Below, in pieces: positions 11,301-25,800 of a DNA stretch of 64,000 nt. Origin of the DNA: Auanema rhodensis (Eukaryota > Animalia > Nematoda). The position numbers and the translations under genes were made by a program. Position 1 is the stretch's first letter; each line of letters starts with the position of its first letter. The notes beneath the pieces are model-generated. The model was not told the origin of the DNA, searched no databases, and worked only from the letters and a program-made list of their open reading frames with translations. The DNA lies in contig OZ059898.1 in assembly GCA_964057225.1 (NCBI GenBank), forward strand, positions 16,988,001-17,052,000. Direction: 5' to 3'.

Positions 11301-14300
11301 CACTAATGCATCATTTTTCAAACGATCATAACTAATTTTTGTATTAAGCGTTTCTCAATGTAGTATAGTGCATTCGATGCGGATTTTTAAACTGCGTCGA
11401 TCTGTGTTATCAGATTTGCGCTAGCTTAAAAATGCACCGAGATATGAACTGATATAAGTTCACACTTATATCCTCGATTTTCACCCTGAAGAATTATTTT
11501 TTTCGTTGAATAACATTGTCCATCGTCTTTGCCTTGAAAAAAGAAATCTAAAAACATCTACTTTTTGCTAAATTATTCTGAAATTTTTCGAAAAAATTTT
11601 TGTCAAAATGTTTTTGGAAGCAATGTTGAGTGTACATGGAAACTCAACATACACTAATGCATCATTTTTCAAACGATCATAACTAATTTTTGTATTAAGC
11701 GTTTCTCAATGTAGTATAGTGCATTCGATGCGGATTTTCAAGCTGCGTCGATCTGTGTTATCAGATTTTCGCTAGCTTAAAAATGCACCGAGATATGAAC
11801 TGATATAAGTTCACACTTATATCCTCGATTTTCACCCTGAAGAATTATTTTTTTCGTTGAATAACATTGTCCATCGTCTTTGCCTTGAAAAAAGGAATCT
11901 AAAAACATCTACTTTTTGCTAAATTATTCTGAAATTTTTCGAAAAAATTTTTGTCAAAATGTTTTTGGAAGCAATGTTGAGTGTACATGGAAACTCAACA
12001 TACACTAATGCATCATTTTTCAAACGATCATAACTAATTTTTGTATTAAGCGTTTCTTAATGTAGTATAGTGCATTCGATGCGGATTTTTAAGCTGCGTC
12101 GATCTGTGTTATCAGATTTGCGCTAGCTTAAAAATGCACCGAGATATGAACTGATATAAGTTCACACTTATATCCTCGATTTTCACCCTGAAGAATTATT
12201 TTTTTCGTTGAATAACATTGTCCATCGTCTTTGCCTTGAAAAAAGAAATCTAAAAACATCTACTTTTTGCTAAATTATTCTGAAATTTTTCGAAAAAATT
12301 TTTGTCAAAATGTTTTTGGAAGCAATGTTGAGTGTACATGGAAACTCAACATACACTAATGCATCATTTTTCAAACGATCATAACTAATTTTTGTATTAA
12401 GCGTTTCTCAATGTAGTATAGTGCATTCGATGCGGATTTTCAAGCTGCGTCGATCTGTGTTATCAGATTTTCGTTAGCTTAAAAATGCACCGAGATATCA
12501 ACTGATATAAGTTCACACTTATATCCTCGATTTTCACCCTGAAGAATTAATTTTTTCGTTGAATAACATTGTCCATCGTCTTTGCCTTGAAAAAAGGAAT
12601 CTAAAAACATCTACTTTTTGCTAAATTATTCTGAAATTTTTCGAAAAAATTTTTGTCAAAATGTTTTTGGAAGCAATGTTGAGTGTACATGGAAACTCAA
12701 CATACACTAATGCATCATTTTTCAAACGATCATAACTAATTTTTGTATTAAGCGTTTCTCAATGTAGTATAGTGCATTTGATGCGGATTTTTAAGCTGCG
12801 TCGATCTGTGTTATCAAATTTGCGCTAGCTTAAAAATGCACCGAGATATCAACTGATATAAGTTCACACTTATATCCTCGATTTTCACCCTGAAGAAATA
12901 ATTTTTTCGTTGAATAACATTGTCCATCGTCTTTGCCTTGAAAAAAGGAATCTAAAAACATCTACTTTTTGCTAAATTATTCTGAAATTTTTCGAAAAAA
13001 TTTTTGTCAAAATGTTTTTGGAAGCAATGTTGAGTGTACATGGAAACTCAACATACACTAATGCATCATTTTTCAAACGATCATAACTAATTTTTGTATT
13101 AAGCGTTTCTCAATGTAGTATAGTGCATTCGATGCGGATTTTTAAACTGCGTCGATCTGTGTTATCAAATTTGCGCTAGCTTAAAAATGCACCGAGATAT
13201 CAACTGATATAAGTTCACACTTATATCCTCGATTTTCACCCTGAAGAAATAATTTTTTCGTTGAATAACATTGTCCATCGTCTTTGCCTTGAAAAAAGGA
13301 ATCTAAAAACATCTACTTTTTGCTAAATTATTCTGAAATTTTTCGAAAAAATTTTTGTCAAAATGTTTTTGGAAGCAATGTTGAGTGTACATGGAAACTC
13401 AACATACACTAATGCATCATTTTTCAAACGATCATAACTAATTTTTGTATTAAGCGTTTCTCAATGTAGTATAGTGCATTCGATGCGGATTTTTAAACTG
13501 CGTCGATCTGTGTTATCAGATTTGCGCTAGCTTAAAAATACACCGAGATATGAACTGATATAAGTTCACACTTATATCCTCGATTTTCACCCTGAAGAAT
13601 TATTTTTTTCGTTGAATAACATTGTCCATCGTCTTTGCCTTGAAAAAAGAAATCTAAAAACATCTACTTTTTGCTAAATTATTCTGAAATTTTTCGAAAA
13701 AATTTTTGTCAAAATGTTTTTGGAAGCAATGTTGAGTGTACATGGAAACTCAACATACACTAATGCATCATTTTTCAAACGATCATAACTAATTTTTGTA
13801 TTAAGCGTTTCTCAATGTAGTATAGTGCATTCGATGCGGATTTGCAAGCTGCGTCGATCTGTGTTATCAGATTTTCGCTAGCTTAAAAATGCACCGAGAT
13901 ATGAACTGATATAAGTTCACACTTATATCCTCGATTTTCACCCTGAAGAATTATTTTTTTCGTTGAATAACATTGTCCATCGTCTTTGCCTTGAAAAAAG
14001 GAATCTAAAAACATCTACTTTTTGCTAAATTATTCTGAAATTTTTCGAAAAAATTTTTGTCAAAATGTTTTTGGAAGCAATGTTGAGTGTACATGGAAAC
14101 TCAACATACACTAATGCATCATTTTTCAAACGATCATAACTAATTTTTGTATTAAGCGTTTCTTAATGTAGTATAGTGCATTCGATGCGGATTTTTAAGC
14201 TGCGTCGATCTGTGTTATCAGATTTGCGCTAGCTTAAAAATGCACCGAGATATGAACTGATATAAGTTCACACTTATATCCTCGATTTTCACCCTGAAGA

Positions 14301-16998
14301 AATAATTTTTTCGTTGAATAACATTGTCCATCGTCTTTGCCTTGAAAAAAGGAATCTAAAAACATCTACTTTTTGCTAAATTATTCTGAAATTTTTCGAA
14401 AAAATTTTTGTCAAAATGTTTTTGGAAGCAATGTTGAGTGTACATGGAAACTCAACATACACTAATGCATCATTTTTCAAACGATCATAACTAATTTTTG
14501 TATTAAGCGTTTCTTAATGTAGTATAGTGCATTCGATGCGGATTTTTAAGCTGCGTCGATCTGTGTTATCAGATTTGCGCTAGCTTAAAAATGCACCGAG
14601 ATATGAACTGATATAAGTTCACACTTATATCCTCGATTTTCACCCTGAAGAATTATTTTTTTCGTTGAATAACATTGTCCATCGTCTTTGCCTTGAAAAA
14701 AGAAATCTAAAAACATCTACTTTTTGCTAAATTATTCTGAAATTTTTCGAAAAAATTTTTGTCAAAATGTTTTTGGAAGCAATGTTGAGTGTACATGGAA
14801 ACTCAACATACACTAATGCATCATTTTTCAAACGATCATAACTAATTTTTGTATTAAGCGTTTCTCAATGTAGTATAGTGCATTCGATGCGGATTTTCAA
14901 GCTGCGTCGATCTGTGTTATCAGATTTTCGTTAGCTTAAAAATGCACCGAGATATCAACTGATATAAGTTCACACTTATATCCTCGATTTTCACCCTGAA
15001 GAATTAATTTTTTCGTTGAATAACATTGTCCATCGTCTTTGCCTTGAAAAAAGGAATCTAAAAACATCTACTTTTTGCTAAATTATTCTGAAATTTTTCG
15101 AAAAAATTTTTGTCAAAATGTTTTTGGAAGCAATGTTGAGTGTACATGGAAACTCAACATACACTAATGCATCATTTTTCAAACGATCATAACTAATTTT
15201 TGTATTAAGCGTTTCTCAATGTAGTATAGTGCATTTGATGCGGATTTTTAAGCTGCGTCGATCTGTGTTATCAAATTTGCGCTAGCTTAAAAATGCACCG
15301 AGATATCAACTGATATAAGTTCACACTTATATCCTCGATTTTCACCCTGAAGAAATAATTTTTTCGTTGAATAACATTGTCCATCGTCTTTGCCTTGAAA
15401 AAAGGAATCTAAAAACATCTACTTTTTGCTAAATTATTCTGAAATTTTTCGAAAAAATTTTTGTCAAAATGTTTTTGGAAGCAATGTTGAGTGTACATGG
15501 AAACTCAACATACACTAATGCATCATTTTTCAAACGATCATAACTAATTTTTGTATTAAGCGTTTCTCAATGTAGTATAGTGCATTCGATGCGGATTTTT
15601 AAACTGCGTCGATCTGTGTTATCAAATTTGCGCTAGCTTAAAAATGCACCGAGATATCAACTGATATAAGTTCACACTTATATCCTCGATTTTCACCCTG
15701 AAGAAATAATTTTTTCGTTGAATAACATTGTCCATCGTCTTTGCCTTGAAAAAAGGAATCTAAAAACATCTACTTTTTGCTAAATTATTCTGAAATTTTT
15801 CGAAAAAATTTTTGTCAAAATGTTTTTGGAAGCAATGTTGAGTGTACATGGAAACTCAACATACACTAATGCATCATTTTTCAAACGATCATAACTAATT
15901 TTTGTATTAAGCGTTTCTCAATGTAGTATAGTGCATTCGATGCGGATTTTTAAACTGCGTCGATCTGTGTTATCAGATTTGCGCTAGCTTAAAAATGCAC
16001 CGAGATATGAACTGATATAAGTTCACACTTATATCCTCGATTTTCACCCTGAAGAATTATTTTTTTCGTTGAATAACATTGTCCATCGTCTTTGCCTTGA
16101 AAAAAGAAATCTAAAAACATCTACTTTTTGCTAAATTATTCTGAAATTTTTCGAAAAAATTTTTGTCAAAATGTTTTTGGAAGCAATGTTGAGTGTACAT
16201 GGAAACTCAACATACACTAATGCATCATTTTTCAAACGATCATAACTAATTTTTGTATTAAGCGTTTCTCAATGTAGTATAGTGCATTCGATGCGGATTT
16301 TCAAGCTGCGTCGATCTGTGTTATCAGATTTTCGCTAGCTTAAAAATGCACCGAGATATGAACTGATATAAGTTCACACTTATATCCTCGATTTTCACCC
16401 TGAAGAATTATTTTTTTCGTTGAATAACATTGTCCATCGTCTTTGCCTTGAAAAAAGAAATCTAAAAACATCTACTTTTTGCTAAATTATTCTGAAATTT
16501 TTCGAAAAAATTTTTGTCAAAATGTTTTTGGAAGCAATGTTGAGTGTACATGGAAACTCAACATACACTAATGCATCATTTTTCAAACGATCATAACTAA
16601 TTTTTGTATTAAGCGTTTCTCAATGTAGTATAGTGCATTCGATGCGGATTTTCAAGCTGCGTCGATCTGTGTTATCAGATTTTCGTTAGCTTAAAAATGC
16701 ACCGAGATATCAACTGATATAAGTTCACACTTATATCCTCGATTTTCACCCTGAAGAATTAATTTTTTCGTTGAATAACATTGTCCATCGTCTTTGCCTT
16801 GAAAAAAGGAATCTAAAAACATCTACTTTTTGCTAAATTATTCTGAAATTTTTCGAAAAAATTTTTGTCAAAATGTTTTTGGAAGCAATGTTGAGTGTAC
16901 ATGGAAACTCAACATACACTAATGCATCATTTTTCAAACGATCATAACTAATTTTTGTATTAAGCGTTTCTCAATGTAGTATAGTGCATTCGATGCGG

Positions 16999-17049
16999 AT
17001 TTTTAAGCTGCGTCGATCTGTGTTATCAGATTTGCGCTAGCTTAAAAAT
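16999..17049. other. 51-nt imperfect inverted repeat (monomer positions 151-201), shown in a best-paired copy
   Basis: ATTTTTAAGCT GCG TCG ATCTG [TGTTAT] CAGAT TTG CGC T AGCTTAAAAAT: 11-bp perfect outer arms, GCG/CGC, and a 5-bp inner stem ATCTG/CAGAT. Confidence 0.9.
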
Positions 17050-20000
17050 GCACCGAGATATGAACTGATATAAGTTCACACTTATATCCTCGATTTTCAC
17101 CCTGAAGAATTAATTTTTTCGTTGAATAACATTGTCCATCGTCTTTGCCTTGAAAAAAGGAATCTAAAAACATCTACTTTTTGCTAAATTATTCTAAAAT
17201 TTTTCGAAAAAATTTTTGTCAAAATGTTTTTGGAAGCAATGTTGAGTGTACATGGAAACTCAACATACACTAATGCATCATTTTTCAAACGATCATAACT
17301 AATTTTTGTATTAAGCGTTTCTCAATGTAGTATAGTGCATTCGATGCGGATTTTTAAGCTGCGTCGATCTGTGTTATCAGATTTGCGCTAGCTTAAAAAT
17401 GCACCGAGATATGAACTGATATAAGTTCACACTTATATCCTCGATTTTCACCCTGAAGAATTATTTTTTTCGTTGAATAACATTGTCCATCGTCTTTGCC
17501 TTGAAAAAAAAAATCTAAAAACATCTACTTTTTGCTAAATTATTCTGAAATTTTTCGAAAAAATTTTTGTCAAAATGTTTTTGGAAGCAATGTTGAGTGT
17601 ACATGGAAACTCAACATACACTAATGCATCATTTTTCAAACGATCATAACTAATTTTTGTATTAAGCGTTTCTCAATGTAGTATAGTGCATTCGATGCCG
17701 ATTTTCAAGCTGCGTCGATCTGTGTTATCAGATTTTCGCTAGCTTAAAAATGCACCGAGATATCAACTGATATAAGTTCACACTTATATCCTCGATTTTC
17801 ACCCTGAAGAATTATTTTTTTCGTTGAATAACATTGTCCATCGTCTTTGCCTTGAAAAAAGAAATCTAAAAACATCTACTTTTTGCTAAATTATTCTGAA
17901 ATTTTTCGAAAAAATTTTTGTCAAAATGTTTTTGGAAGCAATGTTGAGTGTACATGGAAACTCAACATACACTAATGCATCATTTTTCAAACGATCATAA
18001 CTAATTTTTGTATTAAGCGTTTCTCAATGTAGTATAGTGCATTCGATGCGGATTTTCAAGCTGCGTCGATCTGTGTTATCAGATTTTCGTTAGCTTAAAA
18101 ATGCACCGAGATATCAACTGATATAAGTTCACACTTATATCCTCGATTTTCACCCTGAAGAATTAATTTTTTCGTTGAATAACATTGTCCATCGTCTTTG
18201 CCTTGAAAAAAGGAATCTAAAAACATCTACTTTTTGCTAAATTATTCTGAAATTTTTCGAAAAAATTTTTGTCAAAATGTTTTTGGAAGCAATGTTGAGT
18301 GTACATGGAAACTCAACATACACTAATGCATCATTTTTCAAACGATCATAACTAATTTTTGTATTAAGCGTTTCTCAATGTAGTATAGTGCATTTGATGC
18401 GGATTTTTAAGCTGCGTCGATCTGTGTTATCAAATTTGCGCTAGCTTAAAAATGCACCGAGATATCAACTGATATAAGTTCACACTTATATCCTCGATTT
18501 TCACCCTGAAGAAATAATTTTTTCGTTGAATAACATTGTCCATCGTCTTTGCCTTGAAAAAAGGAATCTAAAAACATCTACTTTTTGCTAAATTATTCTG
18601 AAATTTTTCGAAAAAATTTTTGTCAAAATGTTTTTGGAAGCAATGTTGAGTGTACATGGAAACTCAACATACACTAATGCATCATTTTTCAAACGATCAT
18701 AACTAATTTTTGTATTAAGCGTTTCTCAATGTAGTATAGTGCATTCGATGCGGATTTTTAAACTGCGTCGATCTGTGTTATCAAATTTGCGCTAGCTTAA
18801 AAATGCACCGAGATATCAACTGATATAAGTTCACACTTATATCCTCGATTTTCACCCTGAAGAAATAGTTTTTTCGTTGAATAACATTGTCCATCGTCTT
18901 TGCCTTGAAAAAAGGAATCTAAAAACATCTACTTTTTGCTAAATTATTCTGAAATTTTTCGAAAAAATTTTTGTCAAAATGTTTTTGGAAGCAATGTTGA
19001 GTGTACATGGAAACTCAACATACACTAATGCATCATTTTTCAAACGATCATAACTAATTTTTGTATTAAGCGTTTCTCAATGTAGTATAGTGCATTCGAT
19101 GCCGATTTTCAAGCTGCGTCGATCTGTGTTATCAGATTTTCGCTAGCTTAAAAATGCACCGAGATATCAACTGATATAAGTTCACACTTATATCCTCGAT
19201 TTTCACCCTGAAGAATTAATTTTTTCGTTGAATAACATTGTCCATCGTCTTTGCCTTGAAAAAAGGAATCTAAAAACATCTACTTTTTGCTAAATTATTC
19301 TGAAATTTTTCGAAAAAATTTTTGTCAAAATGTTTTTGGAAGCAATGTTGAGTGTACATGGAAACTCAACATACACTAATGCATCATTTTTCAAACGATC
19401 ATAACTAATTTTTGTATTAAGCGTTTCTCAATGTAGTATAGTGCATTTGATGCGGATTTTTAAGCTGCGTCGATCTGTGTTATCAAATTTGCGCTAGCTT
19501 AAAAATGCACCGAGATATCAACTGATATAAGTTCACACTTATATCCTCGATTTTCACCCTGAAGAAATAATTTTTTCGTTGAATAACATTGTCCATCGTC
19601 TTTGCCTTGAAAAAAGGAATCTAAAAACATCTACTTTTTGCTAAATTATTCTGAAATTTTTCGAAAAAATTTTTGTCAAAATGTTTTTGGAAGCAATGTT
19701 GAGTGTACATGGAAACTCAACATACACTAATGCATCATTTTTCAAACGATCATAACTAATTTTTGTATTAAGCGTTTCTCAATGTAGTATAGTGCATTCG
19801 ATGCGGATTTTTAAACTGCGTCGATCTGTGTTATCAAATTTGCGCTAGCTTAAAAATGCACCGAGATATCAACTGATATAAGTTCACACTTATATCCTCG
19901 ATTTTCACCCTGAAGAAATAATTTTTTCGTTGAATAACATTGTCCATCGTCTTTGCCTTGAAAAAAGGAATCTAAAAACATCTACTTTTTGCTAAATTAT

Positions 20001-22874
20001 TCTGAAATTTTTCGAAAAAATTTTTGTCAAAATGTTTTTGGAAGCAATGTTGAGTGTACATGGAAACTCAACATACACTAATGCATCATTTTTCAAACGA
20101 TCATAACTAATTTTTGTATTAAGCGTTTCTCAATGTAGTATAGTGCATTCGATGCGGATTTTTAAACTGCGTCGATCTGTGTTATCAGATTTGCGCTAGC
20201 TTAAAAATGCACCGAGATATGAACTGATATAAGTTCACACTTATATCCTCGATTTTCACCCTGAAGAATTATTTTTTTCGTTGAATAACATTGTCCATCG
20301 TCTTTGCCTTGAAAAAAGAAATCTAAAAACATCTACTTTTTGCTAAATTATTCTGAAATTTTTCGAAAAAATTTTTGTCAAAATGTTTTTGGAAGCAATG
20401 TTGAGTGTACATGGAAACTCAACATACACTAATGCATCATTTTTCAAACGATCATAACTAATTTTTGTATTAAGCGTTTCTCAATGTAGTATAGTGCATT
20501 CGATGCGGATTTTCAAGCTGCGTCGATCTGTGTTATCAGATTTTCGTTAGCTTAAAAATGCACCGAGATATCAACTGATATAAGTTCACACTTATATCCT
20601 CGATTTTCACCCTGAAGAATTAATTTTTTCGTTGAATAACATTGTCCATCGTCTTTGCCTTGAAAAAAGGAATCTAAAAACATCTACTTTTTGCTAAATT
20701 ATTCTGAAATTTTTCGAAAAAATTTTTGTCAAAATGTTTTTGGAAGCAATGTTGAGTGTACATGGAAACTCAACATACACTAATGCATCATTTTTCAAAC
20801 GATCATAACTAATTTTTGTATCAAGCGTTTCTCAATGTAGTATAGTGCATTTGATGCGGATTTTTAAGCTGCGTCGATCTGTGTTATCAAATTTGCGCTA
20901 GCTTAAAAATGCACCGAGATATCAACTGATATAAGTTCACACTTATATCCTCGATTTTCACCCTGAAGAAATAATTTTTTCGTTGAATAACATTGTCCAT
21001 CGTCTTTGCCTTGAAAAAAGGAATCTAAAAACATCTACTTTTTGCTAAATTATTCTGAAATTTTTCGAAAAAATTTTTGTCAAAATGTTTTTGGAAGCAA
21101 TGTTGAGTGTACATGGAAACTCAACATACACTAATGCATCATTTTTCAAACGATCATAACTAATTTTTGTATTAAGCGTTTCTCAATGTAGTATAGTGCA
21201 TTCGATGCGGATTTTTAAACTGCGTCGATCTGTGTTATCAAATTTGCGCTAGCTTAAAAATGCACCGAGATATCAACTGATATAAGTTCACACTTATATC
21301 CTCGATTTTCACCCTGAAGAAATAATTTTTTCGTTGAATAACATTGTCCATCGTCTTTGCCTTGAAAAAAGGAATCTAAAAACATCTACTTTTTGCTAAA
21401 TTATTCTGAAATTTTTCGAAAAAATTTTTGTCAAAATGTTTTTGGAAGCAATGTTGAGTGTACATGGAAACTCAACATACACTAATGCATCATTTTTCAA
21501 ACGATCATAACTAATTTTTGTATTAAGCGTTTCTCAATGTAGTATAGTGCATTCGATGCGGATTTTTAAACTGCGTCGATCTGTGTTATCAGATTTGCGC
21601 TAGCTTAAAAATGCACCGAGATATGAACTGATATAAGTTCACACTTATATCCTCGATTTTCACCCTGAAGAATTATTTTTTTCGTTGAATAACATTGTCC
21701 ATCGTCTTTGCCTTGAAAAAAGAAATCTAAAAACATCTACTTTTTGCTAAATTATTCTGAAAGTTTTCGAAAAAATTTTTGTCAAAATGTTTTTGGAAGC
21801 AATGTTGAGTGTACATGGAAACTCAACATACACTAATGCATCATTTTTCAAACGATCATAACTAATTTTTGTATTAAGCGTTTCTCAATGTAGTATAGTG
21901 CATTCGATGCGGATTTTCAAGCTGCGTCGATCTGTGTTATCAGATTTTCGCTAGCTTAAAAATGCACCGAGATATGAACTGATATAAGTTCACACTTATA
22001 TCCTCGATTTTCACCCTGAAGAATTATTTTTTTCGTTGAATAACATTGTCCATCGTCTTTGCCTTGAAAAAAGAAATCTAAAAACATCTACTTTTTGCTA
22101 AATTATTCTGAAATTTTTCGAAAAAATTTTTGTCAAAATGTTTTTGGAAGCAATGTTGAGTGTACATGGAAACTCAACATACACTAATGCATCATTTTTC
22201 AAACGATCATAACTAATTTTTGTATTAAGCGTTTCTCAATGTAGTATAGTGCATTCGATGCGGATTTTCAAGCTGCGTCGATCTGTGTTATCAGATTTTC
22301 GTTAGCTTAAAAATGCACCGAGATATCAACTGATATAAGTTCACACTTATATCCTCGATTTTCACCCTGAAGAATTAATTTTTTCGTTGAATAACATTGT
22401 CCATCGTCTTTGCCTTGAAAAAAGGAATCTAAAAACATCTACTTTTTGCTAAATTATTCTGAAATTTTTCGAAAAAATTTTTGTCAAAATGTTTTTGGAA
22501 GCAATGTTGAGTGTACATGGAAACTCAACATACACTAATGCATCATTTTTCAAACGATCATAACTAATTTTTGTATTAAGCGTTTCTCAATGTAGTATAG
22601 TGCATTCGATGCGGATTTTTAAGCTGCGTCGATCTGTGTTATCAGATTTGCGCTAGCTTAAAAATGCACCGAGATATGAACTGATATAAGTTCACACTTA
22701 TATCCTCGATTTTCACCCTGAAGAATTAATTTTTTCGTTGAATAACATTGTCCATCGTCTTTGCCTTGAAAAAAGGAATCTAAAAACATCTACTTTTTGC
22801 TAAATTATTCTGAAATTTTTCGAAAAAATTTTTGTCAAAATGTTTTTGGAAGCAATGTTGAGTGTACATGGAAA

Positions 22875-25800
22875 CTCAACATACACTAATGCATCATTTT
22901 TCAAACGATCATAACTAATTTTTGTATTAAGCGTTTCTCAATGTAGTATAGTGCATTCGATGCGGATTTTTAAGCTGCGTCGATCTGTGTTATCAGATTT
23001 GCGCTAGCTTAAAAATGCACCGAGATATGAACTGATATAAGTTCACACTTATATCCTCGATTTTCACCCTGAAGAATTATTTTTTTCGTTGAATAACATT
23101 GTCCATCGTCTTTGCCTTGAAAAAAAAAATCTAAAAACATCTACTTTTTGCTAAATTATTCTGAAATTTTTCGAAAAAATTTTTGTCAAAATGTTTTTGG
23201 AAGCAATGTTGAGTGTACATGGAAACTCAACATACACTAATGCATCATTTTTCAAACGATCATAACTAATTTTTGTATTAAGCGTTTCTCAATGTAGTAT
23301 AGTGCATTCGATGCCGATTTTCAAGCTGCGTCGATCTGTGTTATCAGATTTTCGCTAGCTTAAAAATGCACCGAGATATCAACTGATATAAGTTCACACT
23401 TATATCCTCGATTTTCACTCTGAAGAATTAATTTTTTCGTTGAATAACATTGTCCATCGTCTTTGCCTTGAAAAAAGGAATCTAAAAACATCTACTTTTT
23501 GCTAAATTATTTTGAAGTTTTTCGAAAAAATTTTTGTCAAAATGTTTTTGGAAGCAATGTTGAGTGTACATGGAAACTCAACATACACTAATGCATCATT
23601 TTTCAAACGATCATAACTAATTTTTGTATTAAGCGTTTCTCAATGTAGTATAGTGCATTCGATGCGGATTTTCAAGCTGCGTCGATCTGTGTTATCAGAT
23701 TTTCGCTAGCTTAAAAATGCATCGAGATATCAACTGATATAAGTTCACACTTATATCCTCGATTTTCACCCTGAAGAATTAATTTTTTCGTTGAATAACA
23801 TTGTCCATCGTCTTTGCCTTGAAAAAAGGAATCTAAAAACATCTACTTTTTGCTAAATTATTTTGAAGTTTTTCGAAAAAATTTTTGTCAAAATGTTTTT
23901 GGAAGCAATGTTGAGTGTACATGGAAACTCAACATACACTAATGCATCATTTTTCAAACGATCATAACTAATTTTTGTATTAAGCGTTTCTCAATGTAGT
24001 ATAGTGCATTCGATGCGGATTTTTAAGCTGCGTCGATCTGTGTTATCAGATTTGCGCTAGCTTAAAAATGCACCGAGATATGAACTGATATAAGTTCACA
24101 CTTATATCCTCGATTTTCACCCTGAAGAATTATTTTTTTCGTTGAATAACATTGTCCATCGTCTTTGCCTTGAAAAAAGAAATCTAAAAACATCTACTTT
24201 TTGCTAAATTATTCTGAAATTTTTCGAAAAAATTTTTGTCAAAATGTTTTTGGAAGCAATGTTGAGTGTACATGGAAACTCAACATACACTAATGCATCA
24301 TTTTTCAAACGATCATAACTAATTTTTGTATTAAGCGTTTCTCAATGTAGTATAGTGCATTCGATGCGGATTTTCAAGCTGCGTCGATCTGTGTTATCAG
24401 ATTTTCGCTAGCTTAAAAATGCACCGAGATATCAACTGATATAAGATAACACTTATATCCTCGATTTTCACCCTGAAGAATTAATTTTTTCGTTGAATAA
24501 CATTGTCCATCGTCTTTGCCTTGAAAAAAGGAATCTAAAAACATCTACTTTTTGCTAAATTATTCTGAAATTTTTCGAAAAAATTTTTGTCAAAATGTTT
24601 TTGGAAGCAATGTTGAGTGTACATGGAAACTCAACATACACTAATGCATCATTTTTCAAACGATCATAACTAATTTTTGTATTAAGCGTTTCTCAATGTA
24701 GTATAGTGCATTCGATGCGGATTTTTAAGCTGCGTCGATCTGTGTTATCAGATTTGCGCTAGCTTAAAAATGCACCGAGATATGAACTGATATAAGTTCA
24801 CACTTATATCCTCGATTTTCACCCTGAAGAATTATTTTTTTCGTTGAATAACATTGTCCATCGTCTTTGCCTTGAAAAAAGAAATCTAAAAACATCTACT
24901 TTTTGCTAAATTATTCTGAAATTTTTCGAAAAAATTTTTGTCAAAATGTTTTTGGAAGCAATGTTGAGTGTACATGGAAACTCAACATACACTAATGCAT
25001 CATTTTTCAAACGATCATAACTAATTTTTGTATTAAGCGTTTCTCAATGTAGTACAGTGCATTCGATGCCGATTTTCAAGCTGCGTCGATCTGTGTTATC
25101 AGATTTTCGCTAGCTTAAAAATGCACCGAGATATCAACTGATATAAGTTCACACTTATATCCTCGATTTTCACCCTGAAGAATTAATTTTTTCGTTGAAT
25201 AACATTGTCCATCGTCTTTGCCTTGAAAAAAGGAATCTAAAAACATCTACTTTTTGCTAAATTATTCTGAAGTTTTTCGAAAAAATTTTTGTCAAAATGT
25301 TTTTGGAAGCAATGTTGAGTGTACATGGAAACTCAACATACACTAATGCATCATTTTTCAAACGATCATAACTAATTTTTGTATTAAGCGTTTCTCAATG
25401 TAGTATAGTGCATTCGATGCGGATTTTTAAGCTGCGTCGATCTGTGTTATCAGATTTGCGCTAGCTTAAAAATGCACCGAGATATCAACTGATATAAGTT
25501 CACACTTATATCCTCGATTTTCACCCTGAAGAAATAATTTTTTCGTTGAATAACATTGTCCATCGTCTTTGCCTTGAAAAAAGGAATCTAAAAACATCTA
25601 CTTTTGCTAAATTATTTTGAAGTTTTTCGAAAAAATTTTGTCAAAATGTTTTTGGAAGCAATGTTGAGTGTACATGGAAACTCAACATACACTAATGCAT
25701 CATTTTTCAAACGATCATAACTAATTTTTGTATTAAGCGTTTCTCAATGTAGTATAGTGCATTCGATGCGGATTTTTAAACTGCGTCGATCTGTGTTATC

